A stretch of DNA of 64,000 bases from Candidatus Pelagibacter sp. (lineage in GTDB: Bacteria > Pseudomonadota > Alphaproteobacteria > Pelagibacterales > Pelagibacteraceae): positions 17,767 through 81,766 of the forward strand of contig JBJLDS010000010.1 of assembly GCA_045567035.1 (NCBI GenBank). Reading direction: 5' to 3'. The translations under genes and the position numbers were made by a program. Below, one piece after another: positions 20,455 through 29,632 of the stretch. Below the pieces are notes generated by a model that was given only the letters and a program-made list of their open reading frames with translations, ran no database searches and had not been told where the DNA came from. Within the stretch, counting starts at the first letter, position 1; each line of letters opens with the position of its first letter.

Positions 20455-20835
20455 TTATTGAATTATAACAAATGCTAACGAATAATCCTTTTCATCCGCT
20501 AATGATAAAAAAACATTTAGTTTCTTCTTTTTAGTTAAAACTTTTATTTTTTTATTTAGACTTTTTTCACACTTTAAATAGGGCTTTCCTTTTTTATCGT
20601 TTAATATTGAAATAGAATTAAAATTAATATTATCTCTAAAACCTGTGCCTAGAGCTTTAACAAAGGCTTCTTTGGCAGCAAATCTTTTACTAAAATACAT
20701 AAATTTGTTTTTCAATTTACTTCCATTTTCAATCTCCTCGATAGAAAATATTCGCTTTAAAAATTTTTTATTTTTTAAATTTTTTTTAATTCTAATGTTA
20801 GATATTATATCAGATCCAATGCCATAAATTTTCAT
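20455..20835 (-). CDS. acpS: Holo-ACP synthase
   Basis: GIGSDI, RFAAKEAFVKALGTG, GKP. Confidence 0.96.
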   Translation of the reverse strand: MKIYGIGSDIISNIRIKKNLKNKKFLKRIFSIEEIENGSKLKNKFMYFSKRFAAKEAFVKALGTGFRDNINFNSISILNDKKGKPYLKCEKSLNKKIKVLTKKKKLNVFLSLADEKDYSLAFVIIQ

Positions 20836-20837
20836 AA

Positions 20838-21551
20838 TTATTTCATTAATTTTTTAAATTTCTTTATAGTATTGCCAAGACCATTGAATATTGATTCACC
20901 TATCAAGAAATGTCCTATGTTGAATTCACTTATTTCATTGATTTTAGATAATATTTTTGTAGTTTTGTAGTCCATACCATGGCCCGCATGCACCTCTATA
21001 CCTAAAGATTTTCCTACTATTGCACATTTTTTAATTTTCTCAAGTTCGTATGAGTAATTTAGTTTTTTCTTAATCAATGTAGAAAGCTTTCCAGTGTGAA
21101 GTTCAACACATTTTGTGCCTATATCCTTTGATAAATTTATTGAATTAATATTTGGGTCAATAAATAAACTTGTTCGGATTTTATTGCTATTAAAAATTTT
21201 AATTATTTTTTTCAAAAAGATGGTATTTTTTTTTAAATTTAATCCACCTTCTGTCGTAATTTCTTTTCTTTTTTCTGGAACTATACAAATATAGTTTGGT
21301 TTATTCTTAAGAGCTATTTTTACCATACTCTTAGATGCAGCTAATTCTAGATTTAAAGGTATTTTTGTTTTAACTATCTGCTTGAGATCATAATCTTTAA
21401 TATGTCTTCTATCTTCTCTTAAATGAATTGTGATTGAATCGGCACCTTTTTTATAAGCATATTTAGCAGCAAATAAAATATTTGGATGATCTTCGCCTCT
21501 GGCATTTCTCAATGTTGCAATATGATCAATATTAACACCAAGCTTTTTCAT
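20838..21551 (-). CDS. pdxJ: Pyridoxine 5'-phosphate synthase
   Basis: LGVNIDHIATLRNAR, HLREDRRHI, HAGHG. Confidence 0.97.
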   Translation of the reverse strand: MKKLGVNIDHIATLRNARGEDHPNILFAAKYAYKKGADSITIHLREDRRHIKDYDLKQIVKTKIPLNLELAASKSMVKIALKNKPNYICIVPEKRKEITTEGGLNLKKNTIFLKKIIKIFNSNKIRTSLFIDPNINSINLSKDIGTKCVELHTGKLSTLIKKKLNYSYELEKIKKCAIVGKSLGIEVHAGHGMDYKTTKILSKINEISEFNIGHFLIGESIFNGLGNTIKKFKKLMK

Positions 21552-22135
21552 CGGACAAACCTACTGCCTGGTTTTGATATTGGTATTTTTTTTAAATTAT
21601 TTGGAATATTATTTTTTGTATAAGTTTTAATGTTAATTTTTATTTGTGAGATAATTTTAGTTTTAATTTTAAGTGATTTCTTTTCAGATCTATCTATTAT
21701 ACATGCAAAACCTAACAATTTACCTTTTGATTTTTTAATTAAATTAACACATTCTAAACTAGATTTACCTGTTGTTATTACATCTTCTACTATCAATACA
21801 TTTGCGTTCTTTGGAATTACAAAGCCTCTTCTTAATTGAAATTTTTTTTTTACTCTCTCACAAAAAATAGTTTCTAAATTTAATAATCTACCAATTTCAT
21901 AACCAATTACAATTCCACCAATTGCAGGGGCTAATATCAGATCGATATTTTTATATTTTTTTTTAATTCTTTTAGATAATGAAATGCAAATCTTTTTACT
22001 ATAATTTGGCTTACTTAAAAGTTTAGCGCATTGAACATATTGACCTGAATGTCTACCTGATGACAGAACAAAATGACCCTCTATAAGAGCATTAGTTTTT
22101 TTTAAAATTTCTAAAGAATTTTTTAAAGAAAGCAT
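21548..22135 (-). CDS. pyrE: Orotate phosphoribosyltransferase
   Basis: GHFVLSSGRHS, PRPP motif VEDVITTGKS. Confidence 0.96.
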   Translation of the reverse strand: MLSLKNSLEILKKTNALIEGHFVLSSGRHSGQYVQCAKLLSKPNYSKKICISLSKRIKKKYKNIDLILAPAIGGIVIGYEIGRLLNLETIFCERVKKKFQLRRGFVIPKNANVLIVEDVITTGKSSLECVNLIKKSKGKLLGFACIIDRSEKKSLKIKTKIISQIKINIKTYTKNNIPNNLKKIPISKPGSRFVR

Positions 22136-23837
22136 TTTTTTTATCTTTATTTCTTATTATTCTGAAATCAAAGTCTCTTTGTTTTAGCTCACTTATAAGA
22201 TTTGTAAAGTTTTTCAGATCACTAATAATTAAATTAAATTTAAAGTTGATAAATTTAGATGATTTTTCAGTCATTTCTACACTTGATATGTTTAATTTGT
22301 TTGTACCAATTAAGGTTGTAACCTCACCTAATTTCCCTGGTATATCTGGTAATGAAAGCCATAAAGTGACATTGTAGTCCTTTTTTTCTCCGTCTTGGTT
22401 AGTATCATTTTGTTGCCAATGTCTCCTAATAGCAGATCTAGCTTTACCAGTCATTGTGGTATTTATCCAATGTAAAGATGGAGAAACATTTTTTGATCTA
22501 GTTATTTTAACCATGTCCCCATTATTAAGTTTACTTTGCAAAGGACTTTCTTGACCATTAATTTCACATCCTATTGCTGTATCACCAATTTTAGTATGAA
22601 CAGCATAAGCAAAATCTATTGGCGTAGCATCTTTAGGAAGTTTAATTATCAATCCTTTAGGTGTAAAACAAAAAACATTTTCCTGAAACATTTGAAGTTT
22701 TGTATATTCAAAATAATGATCAGGATTTTCATTCCTTTCAATAATATCTACCAAATCTTTTAACCAATCATATTCCTTCCATGTTAATGAATTTGACTTT
22801 TCTGAAGATTTATATTTCCAGTGAGAAGCTATACCTCTTTGCGCAAATTCATGCATCTGCATTGTTCTTAATTGTATCTCAATTGGTCTTTTATTAGGCC
22901 CAAGGATAGAAGTATGTAATGACTTATATTCATTTATTTTAGGTGAAGAAATATAATCTTTAAATTTACCTGGTATACACGTCCATTCTGTATGGAAAAT
23001 ACCTAAAGCCTTATAACAATCATCTACGTTATCAAGAATTAATCTAAAGCCAATAATATCTGTGATCTGCTCTAATGAAATTCTTTTTTTTTGTATCTTT
23101 CTCCAAATTGAAAATGGTGACTTTTCTCTTCCAAAAATTTTAACATTTATATTATGTTTATTTAATACATTCAAAAATTCATCAGAAAGCGACTCGAAGT
23201 TTGATAAATTATTTTCCTTAATTTCATCTAATCTTTTCTTAATAAGTTCTCTAGCTTCATTATTTAGAACTTTAAAGCATAGATCGTCTAGTTCATCTCT
23301 TATTGTATTCATGCCCATTCTATCAGCTAATGGTGAATAAATTTCCATTGTTTCCTTGGCTTTTCTGATTTGTTTTTCTTTATCTTTTACATAGTGGATT
23401 GTTCTCATATTGTGAAGTCTATCAGCTAATTTTACTAACAAGACTCTTATATCTTTTGATGTAGCAATAATTAATTTTCTAAAATTTTCAGCTTTTGAGT
23501 TTGAATGAGCTTTATTTTCAAATACAGAAATTTTTGTAACACCATCTACTAAATCTGCTACTTCCTGTCCAAACTCTTCCTTCACAGTCTCATAGGTTGC
23601 ATGAGTATCTTCAATTGTATCATGTAAAAGACCCGTAGCTATAGTTGCACTATCAAGTTTAAGTTCCGTCAAAATATCTGCAACTGCTACAGGATGTATA
23701 ATGTATGGAGATCCTTCATCACGTTTTTGTTTTTGATGAGCTTTTAAAGCAAAATCATAAGCCTTTGATAAAGCGTCAGGATTTAAAAATTTATTATAGC
23801 TTTTTACTTTGTTAATTAATTCATCAGGTTTAAGCAT
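22092..23837 (-). CDS. spoT: Bifunctional (p)ppGpp synthetase/hydrolase (shortened long RSH)
   Basis: HDTIED, KLADRLHNMRT, FKDY, EIQLRT, TGS domain (DFAYAVHT), C-terminal ACT. Confidence 0.94.
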   Translation of the reverse strand: MLKPDELINKVKSYNKFLNPDALSKAYDFALKAHQKQKRDEGSPYIIHPVAVADILTELKLDSATIATGLLHDTIEDTHATYETVKEEFGQEVADLVDGVTKISVFENKAHSNSKAENFRKLIIATSKDIRVLLVKLADRLHNMRTIHYVKDKEKQIRKAKETMEIYSPLADRMGMNTIRDELDDLCFKVLNNEARELIKKRLDEIKENNLSNFESLSDEFLNVLNKHNINVKIFGREKSPFSIWRKIQKKRISLEQITDIIGFRLILDNVDDCYKALGIFHTEWTCIPGKFKDYISSPKINEYKSLHTSILGPNKRPIEIQLRTMQMHEFAQRGIASHWKYKSSEKSNSLTWKEYDWLKDLVDIIERNENPDHYFEYTKLQMFQENVFCFTPKGLIIKLPKDATPIDFAYAVHTKIGDTAIGCEINGQESPLQSKLNNGDMVKITRSKNVSPSLHWINTTMTGKARSAIRRHWQQNDTNQDGEKKDYNVTLWLSLPDIPGKLGEVTTLIGTNKLNISSVEMTEKSSKFINFKFNLIISDLKNFTNLISELKQRDFDFRIIRNKDKKNAFFKKFFRNFKKN

Positions 23838-23857
23838 TTTTAATTATAACACTAAAT

Positions 23858-24361
23858 TTAAATTTTTTTAATAGACATTAGGTCTCTAAGAGGCAATTTT
23901 GATATTAAATTTATAATTTTTATATTTTTTTTACGGTGTAACCAATTTTTTGATATTTCAAGTAATGGTATTAATACAAAATTTCTTCTATGCATTGATT
24001 TATGTGGTGAAAAGAGGTTATTTTTGAAGTCATAAATAACTTTATTATTGAAATCAACTATATCTATATCACAAGTTCGTGGTTCATTTTTCCCATGCCG
24101 CAATCTCCCCAAATTTTTTTCAACATTTAAACAAATGTTATAGAGTTCAATTATGGTTAATATAGTATGTACTTGGATCACAACATTAACAAATTTTGGT
24201 TTTTTTTTATCTGGCCATGATGGGGTTTCATAATATCCAGAAATTTTAGTTATACTTACTTTCCTACTTAAGTGATAAATACTTTTTTGAATATTTTTAA
24301 TTTTATTACCTAAGTTTGATCCTATAGCTAAATAAACTGAATTAACTTGATCTTCTAACAT
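23858..24361 (-). CDS. folK: HPPK (dihydropteridine diphosphokinase)
   Basis: [29 protein letters not shown]; start codon uncertain. Confidence 0.93.
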   Translation of the reverse strand: MLEDQVNSVYLAIGSNLGNKIKNIQKSIYHLSRKVSITKISGYYETPSWPDKKKPKFVNVVIQVHTILTIIELYNICLNVEKNLGRLRHGKNEPRTCDIDIVDFNNKVIYDFKNNLFSPHKSMHRRNFVLIPLLEISKNWLHRKKNIKIINLISKLPLRDLMSIKKI

Positions 24362-24812
24362 ATCTTGATTTATCTCTATTCCATTGACGGTTTTTAATAG
24401 TTTGTCTTTTGTCATATTTTTTTTTACCCTTAGCAATAGCAACTTCAATTTTAGCTTTTCCTTTTTTAAAGTACATTTTTGTGGGTATTAAAGAGAAGCC
24501 ATCTCGATTAACTTTACCTATCAGTTTGTTAACTTCTTTTTTATTAAAAAGAAGCTTTCTTTCATCTGTAGGGTTATGATCTGAGTAACTTGCCTCTTTG
24601 TAAGAAGCTATATGCGAATTTAACAAAAAAATCTCTCCACCTTTTTCAACAGCATATGATTCTGAAATATTAACTTTTCCATTTCTAATTGATTTAATCT
24701 CTGATCCCTTAAGCACTATACCTGCCTCAATTAATTGCTCAAAAAAATAATTAAAGCTTGCTTTTCTATTTAAACAAATAATTTTCAAACCAGGATTGGT
24801 TTTGGTGCTCAT
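24342..24812 (-). CDS. smpB: SsrA-binding protein
   Basis: [30 protein letters not shown]. Confidence 0.97.
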   Translation of the reverse strand: MSTKTNPGLKIICLNRKASFNYFFEQLIEAGIVLKGSEIKSIRNGKVNISESYAVEKGGEIFLLNSHIASYKEASYSDHNPTDERKLLFNKKEVNKLIGKVNRDGFSLIPTKMYFKKGKAKIEVAIAKGKKKYDKRQTIKNRQWNRDKSRYVRRSS

Positions 24813-25693
24813 TTTAGAAGTTTGATGGATGATAATGCCTTTTCAACCTCTTCTTCAGTTTCTTTTTTAATATTTACTAATGGAAGTCTAATTTCATCAC
24901 TACATAAACCCATGAGTTTTGCAGCATACTTTGTTGGTGCTGGATTACTTTCAATAAACAATGATTTATGTAATGGTTGTAGAATTTGATCAATTTTTTC
25001 TGCTTCTTTAATTTCATTTTCTGAATCAGATTTGGAATATTTTTGCATATCCGAACATAGTTTAGGAGCTATATTTGCAGTTACTGAAATTATACCTACT
25101 CCACCCCTTCGATTAAATTTAAATGCCAATCCATCCTCACCTGTTAACTGAATAAATTCAGAACCTAATTTTTTTATTGTTTGATCAAGTCGATTTAAGT
25201 CTCCTGTTGCGTCCTTAACACCAACAATATTCTTTAATTCAAATAATCTAGCCATAGTATCAACAGACATGTCGATAACACATCTACTTGGAATATTATA
25301 AATTATTATAGGTATATTAGTATTATCATTTATTTTTTTATAATGTTGATACAAGCCTTCTTGGGTTGGTTTGTTATAATATGGAGTGACCACTAAAGCT
25401 CCATCAGCACCAGCATTTTCTGCATGTTTAGTTAAAGTAACCGCTTCCTCGGTTGAATTGGAACCTGTTCCAGCGATTACTGGAATTTTACCTTTAGCCT
25501 CGTTAATACAAATTTCTATGACTTTTTCGTGCTCTTTATGATTTAATGTTGGTGATTCACCCGTTGTACCTGCTGGGACAAGTCCGTTGGTGCCATTTTC
25601 CAAATGAAAATGAATTAGCTTTAAATATGCATCTACATCAAGCTCATTATTCTTGAAAGGGGTAATTAAAGCAACATTTGAACCTTTAAACAT
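24809..25693 (-). CDS. dapA: 4-hydroxy-tetrahydrodipicolinate synthase
   Basis: GTTGES, PYYNKP, YNIPSR, GVKDATG. Confidence 0.97.
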   Translation of the reverse strand: MFKGSNVALITPFKNNELDVDAYLKLIHFHLENGTNGLVPAGTTGESPTLNHKEHEKVIEICINEAKGKIPVIAGTGSNSTEEAVTLTKHAENAGADGALVVTPYYNKPTQEGLYQHYKKINDNTNIPIIIYNIPSRCVIDMSVDTMARLFELKNIVGVKDATGDLNRLDQTIKKLGSEFIQLTGEDGLAFKFNRRGGVGIISVTANIAPKLCSDMQKYSKSDSENEIKEAEKIDQILQPLHKSLFIESNPAPTKYAAKLMGLCSDEIRLPLVNIKKETEEEVEKALSSIKLLK

Positions 25694-25735
25694 AAAACCT
25701 TATAACATTATTTATAAATTAATTAGTAAAAATTT

Positions 25736-27937
25736 ATGTATCACAATAGATCATTTTTTATAAGCTTTATACTTATTTCTCTAATTTTATCTACTTTTTC
25801 AGTCAGTGCAGAAATTAATATTTTACCAAAAACAAAACCAAAAATAATTGATTCTGATGAAACTTTTAGTGGAATCATTAAACCCAAAAAGAAACCAAAT
25901 ATCAATAATGAAATAATTATTGAAACAAAAAAAATTAAACCCACAAAAAATGAATTTCTTTTACCTATAAAAAAACCACTGATAGTAAAAAAAGAACTTA
26001 AAAATTATAGAGGTTCGTCACAATATTATACTGATAGAGATTTTAGCATAGCAAAGAAATCAATTAATTTGATGGAAAAAGGTATGTGGAATGATGCTGT
26101 TAAGCATTCAAGAAAAAGTAAGAAAAAAAGTATTAGCAATTTTATAAAATGGAGATTTTTATTAACCAGTAACAATAAAGCATCATTTTATGATTATGCA
26201 GAATTTATTAATGCTAATCCAAACTATGCTCGTATAGAAAGATTAAAATATTTAGCCGAACATAAATTAACAACAAATATAGTCAAACCAGATAAAATTA
26301 TTAAATGGTTTGGTGGAAAAGAACCTTTAAGTGGATATGGAAGATTAATTCTTGGAGAGAGCCTTATTAGTATAGGAAACGAAAGTGAGGGAATTAATTT
26401 AATTAAAAAAGGTTGGATAGATGCAAGACTGAGTAAATCCGACCTAAAAAGATTTAGAAAAAAATTTAAAAATTATTTAAACACGCAGGATTATATAAAT
26501 AGAGCTGATCATCTTGCGTGGGAAGGAAAATATTGGGATTTAAGACGTATGCTAGTTTATTTGCCAAAAGATCAAAAATTATTATACGATGCTAGACAGT
26601 TATTAATGAGCAAATCATACGGTGTAGATGCCGCCATAAGCAAAGTACCTGAAAAACTAAAGAATGATGCCGGATTAAATTATGAAAGATTGAAATGGCG
26701 AAGGAAAAGAGGCAGGACTGAAAGTTCACTTGAAATACTACTTAAAATTAAAAATAGTAAAAAATATCTAGTAAGACCTGATAAGTGGTGGAAAGAAAGA
26801 TCAATAATTGCAAGATCTTTAATTTATAAAAAGAAATATGAAATAGCTTATAAAATTACAAGTAATCATGGCTTAGAAAATGGCCCTGAGTATGCTGATG
26901 CTGAATGGATGAGTGGTTGGATAGCACTTAGTTTCCTAAGTGATCCCTTCCTAGCTTTAGATCATTTTAACAATTTTTACAGTAAAGTTAGTTATCCAAT
27001 CAGTTTGTCAAGAGGGGCTTACTGGCTAGGAAAAACATATGAACAAATTGGAGATGCTGAGAATTCAATTAAATGGTACCAAATAGCATCGAAATATTTA
27101 ACAACCTATTACGGTCAATTAGCATATTTAAAAATTTACCCTAATGAAAATTTTACTTTAACTGATGACATGATTGTAGACAATAAAATCAAAGAAGAAT
27201 TTTATAAAAATGAATTAGTAAAAATTGTGTTACTATTAGATGATCTTGATAAAGATAAATATACAAAAAAAATACTAAGACATTTAGCTAAATCAAATAT
27301 TGAAAATGGAAGTGAGATTTTAGCTGCAGAGCTAGCTACAAAAATTTCAAGATACGATTATGCAATTCAAATATCAAAAATAGCTTCTTATGAGAAAAGA
27401 TTTCATAATAAATATAATTATCCTATTATAAGTACACCAAAAAAAGTACATCAAAGAAAAATTCCAGAATCAGCATTTATATTATCTATAATAAGGCAAG
27501 AAAGTGAATTTGATATGTCAGCTAATAGTAGTGCTGGAGCAAAAGGTTTAATGCAATTGATGCCTTATACTGCTAAACTTGTATCTAAACAAGCAAACCT
27601 ACCTTACACAAGATCTAGGCTTACCACAGATCCTGAATATAATATAAACTTAGGATCTCATTATATTGCTGGACTAATATTAGAATATGAAGGTGCCTAC
27701 CCTTTTGCAATAGCTGCATATAATGCTGGACCAAAAAGAGTTAAATATTGGAAAAAAATTAATAAAAATCCTCAAAAAAATCAAATTGATTATGTTGATT
27801 GGATTGAGCTGATTAAATTTAAAGAAACCAGAAATTATGTTCAAAGAGTTTTGGAGAATTATAATGTCTATAGATATATTCTTGAGAAAAAACCAATCAA
27901 AATGAAGAATTTTTTCAAAAATGAAACACTTTATTAA
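25736..27937 (+). CDS. Soluble lytic murein transglycosylase (Slt70-like)
   Basis: Signal peptide, helical repeats, IRQES, GLMQLMP, AAYNAG, ETRNYV. Confidence 0.93.
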   Translation: MYHNRSFFISFILISLILSTFSVSAEINILPKTKPKIIDSDETFSGIIKPKKKPNINNEIIIETKKIKPTKNEFLLPIKKPLIVKKELKNYRGSSQYYTDRDFSIAKKSINLMEKGMWNDAVKHSRKSKKKSISNFIKWRFLLTSNNKASFYDYAEFINANPNYARIERLKYLAEHKLTTNIVKPDKIIKWFGGKEPLSGYGRLILGESLISIGNESEGINLIKKGWIDARLSKSDLKRFRKKFKNYLNTQDYINRADHLAWEGKYWDLRRMLVYLPKDQKLLYDARQLLMSKSYGVDAAISKVPEKLKNDAGLNYERLKWRRKRGRTESSLEILLKIKNSKKYLVRPDKWWKERSIIARSLIYKKKYEIAYKITSNHGLENGPEYADAEWMSGWIALSFLSDPFLALDHFNNFYSKVSYPISLSRGAYWLGKTYEQIGDAENSIKWYQIASKYLTTYYGQLAYLKIYPNENFTLTDDMIVDNKIKEEFYKNELVKIVLLLDDLDKDKYTKKILRHLAKSNIENGSEILAAELATKISRYDYAIQISKIASYEKRFHNKYNYPIISTPKKVHQRKIPESAFILSIIRQESEFDMSANSSAGAKGLMQLMPYTAKLVSKQANLPYTRSRLTTDPEYNINLGSHYIAGLILEYEGAYPFAIAAYNAGPKRVKYWKKINKNPQKNQIDYVDWIELIKFKETRNYVQRVLENYNVYRYILEKKPIKMKNFFKNETLY

Positions 27938-27941
27938 ATTG

Positions 27942-28035
27942 TGGCGGAAGGAGAGGGATTCGAACCCTCGGTAGGTCATTATAACCTACGGAAGTTTAGC
28001 AAACTCCTGGTTTAAACCAACTCACCCATCCTTCC
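27942..28035 (-). tRNA. tRNA-Ser(GCT)
   Basis: Acceptor stem GGAAGGA/TCCTTCC-G-CCA, anticodon loop TT-GCT-AA, long variable arm, GGTTCGAATCC T-arm. Confidence 0.97.
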
Positions 28036-28046
28036 TACATACCCCC

Positions 28047-28092
28047 TGTGTAACTTGAAATCATTGAATATTCAATATTTATAAAGTATTTT
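28047..28092. promoter_or_regulatory. Putative bidirectional promoter centred on palindrome ATTGAATATTCAAT (28063-28076)
   Basis: TTGAAT-17-TATTTT toward soxB; TTGAAT-17-TACACA-GGGGG toward the tRNA. Confidence 0.5.
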
Positions 28093-28101
28093 CATAAAAA
28101 T

Positions 28102-29355
28102 ATGAAAAATAAATACTCAGTATTTTCTTTAATAAAAAATGCATTTTCGCATCATGAGAATTGGCAAAGAGCTTGGGGAGATCCTGAACCAAAAAAAGAA
28201 TATGATGCTATAATTATTGGTGGTGGTGGTCATGGTTTGGCTACTGCTTATTATTTAGCTAAAAAACATAAAATCACAAATATAGCTGTTTTAGAAAAAG
28301 GTTGGATTGGTGGGGGTAATACTGGAAGAAATACAACTATAATAAGATCAAATTACCTATGGGATGCTAGTGCAGGTCTTTATGATCATGCTTTAAAAAT
28401 TTGGGAGGGTTTGTCTCAGGAATTAAATTATAATGTAATGTTTAGTCAAAGGGGTGTTATGAATCTTGCTCATAATTTACAAGATGTTAGAGACTTAAAA
28501 AGAAGAACACACGCAAACAGATTAAATGGTATTGATGCAGTTTGGTTAAATACTAACGAGGTAAAAAAGTTTTGCCCAATTATAAATACTTCTCAAGATA
28601 TTCGTTATCCAGTACTTGGTGGAACTCTGCAAAAAAGAGCTGGCACAGCAAGACATGATGCAGTGGCTTGGGGTTATGCAAGAGGTGCTGATGCCTTGGG
28701 AGTTGATATAATTCAAAATTGTGAAGTTAAAGGTATCAAAAGAAATGGTAATGAAGTTACAGGAGTTGAAACGTCAAAAGGATTTATTAAAACAAAAAAA
28801 ATAGGAGTTGTTGCAGCTGGTCACTCAAGTGTAATCGCAAATATGGCTGGTTTAAAATTACCACTTGAGAGTAAACCACTACAAGCATTGGTCTCTGAAC
28901 CAGTGAAACCAGTAATTGATACTGTAGTTATGTCAAATGCTGTTCATGCATATGTAAGTCAATCTGATAAAGGTGAACTTGTTATTGGCGCTGGAACAGA
29001 CTCATATGTATCATATACTCAAAAAGGTAGTCATAATGTTGTAGAAGAAACATTAAGAGCAATTTTAGAACTGTATCCAATATTTAGCAGAATGAAAATG
29101 TTGAGACAATGGGGAGGTATTGTGGATATCTGTCCTGATGCAAGCCCAATTATTAGTAAAACTCAAATTAAAGGTTTATATTTTAATTGTGGTTGGGGTA
29201 CAGGCGGTTTTAAAGCTACGCCAGGATCAGGAGATTTATTTGCACACACTATTGCAAATGATGAACCACATAAATTAAACGCTGCATTTAATATTAATAG
29301 ATTTGTTAGTGGTGATCTTGTTGATGAACATGGCGCAGCAGCAGTAGCACACTAA
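28102..29355 (+). CDS. soxB: Heterotetrameric sarcosine oxidase beta subunit
   Basis: [44 protein letters not shown]. Confidence 0.96.
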   Translation: MKNKYSVFSLIKNAFSHHENWQRAWGDPEPKKEYDAIIIGGGGHGLATAYYLAKKHKITNIAVLEKGWIGGGNTGRNTTIIRSNYLWDASAGLYDHALKIWEGLSQELNYNVMFSQRGVMNLAHNLQDVRDLKRRTHANRLNGIDAVWLNTNEVKKFCPIINTSQDIRYPVLGGTLQKRAGTARHDAVAWGYARGADALGVDIIQNCEVKGIKRNGNEVTGVETSKGFIKTKKIGVVAAGHSSVIANMAGLKLPLESKPLQALVSEPVKPVIDTVVMSNAVHAYVSQSDKGELVIGAGTDSYVSYTQKGSHNVVEETLRAILELYPIFSRMKMLRQWGGIVDICPDASPIISKTQIKGLYFNCGWGTGGFKATPGSGDLFAHTIANDEPHKLNAAFNINRFVSGDLVDEHGAAAVAH

Positions 29356-29630
29356 TGTTTGTTATAAATTGTCCATTCTGTGGTGAAAGAGATCAATCAG
29401 AATTTTCTTCTGGAGGTGAAGCACATATTATAAGACCAAAACAACCTACTGAATTGAGTGATGATCAATGGGCTGAGTACTTATTCATGAGAAAAAATAT
29501 CAAAGGTGTTCAATTTGAAAGATGGAATCATGCTCATGGTTGCAGAAAATGGTTTAATATGATCAGAGATACATCAAATGATAAAATTCACGCTGTTTAT
29601 AAAATGGGTGAAAAACCTCCTATTGTATAA
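29355..29630 (+). CDS. soxD: Sarcosine oxidase delta subunit
   Basis: CPFCGER..EF..GGEAH, W.H..GCRKWF. Confidence 0.96.
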   Translation: MFVINCPFCGERDQSEFSSGGEAHIIRPKQPTELSDDQWAEYLFMRKNIKGVQFERWNHAHGCRKWFNMIRDTSNDKIHAVYKMGEKPPIV

Positions 29631-29632
29631 AC

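Noticed and set aside
24362-24448. Long folK/smpB overlap implied by the ORF track
   Set aside because: FolK homology begins after the Met at 24361; the upstream extension is probably just open frame.
27680-27979. 99-aa minus-strand ORF starting in the tRNA
   Set aside because: It begins inside tRNA-Ser and runs antisense to the transglycosylase; spurious.
27930-28040. tRNA-Ser as an integration site for an island or prophage
   Set aside because: Its 3' end is 4 bp from a core gene, with no integrase, no duplicated tRNA 3' end and no foreign genes seen.
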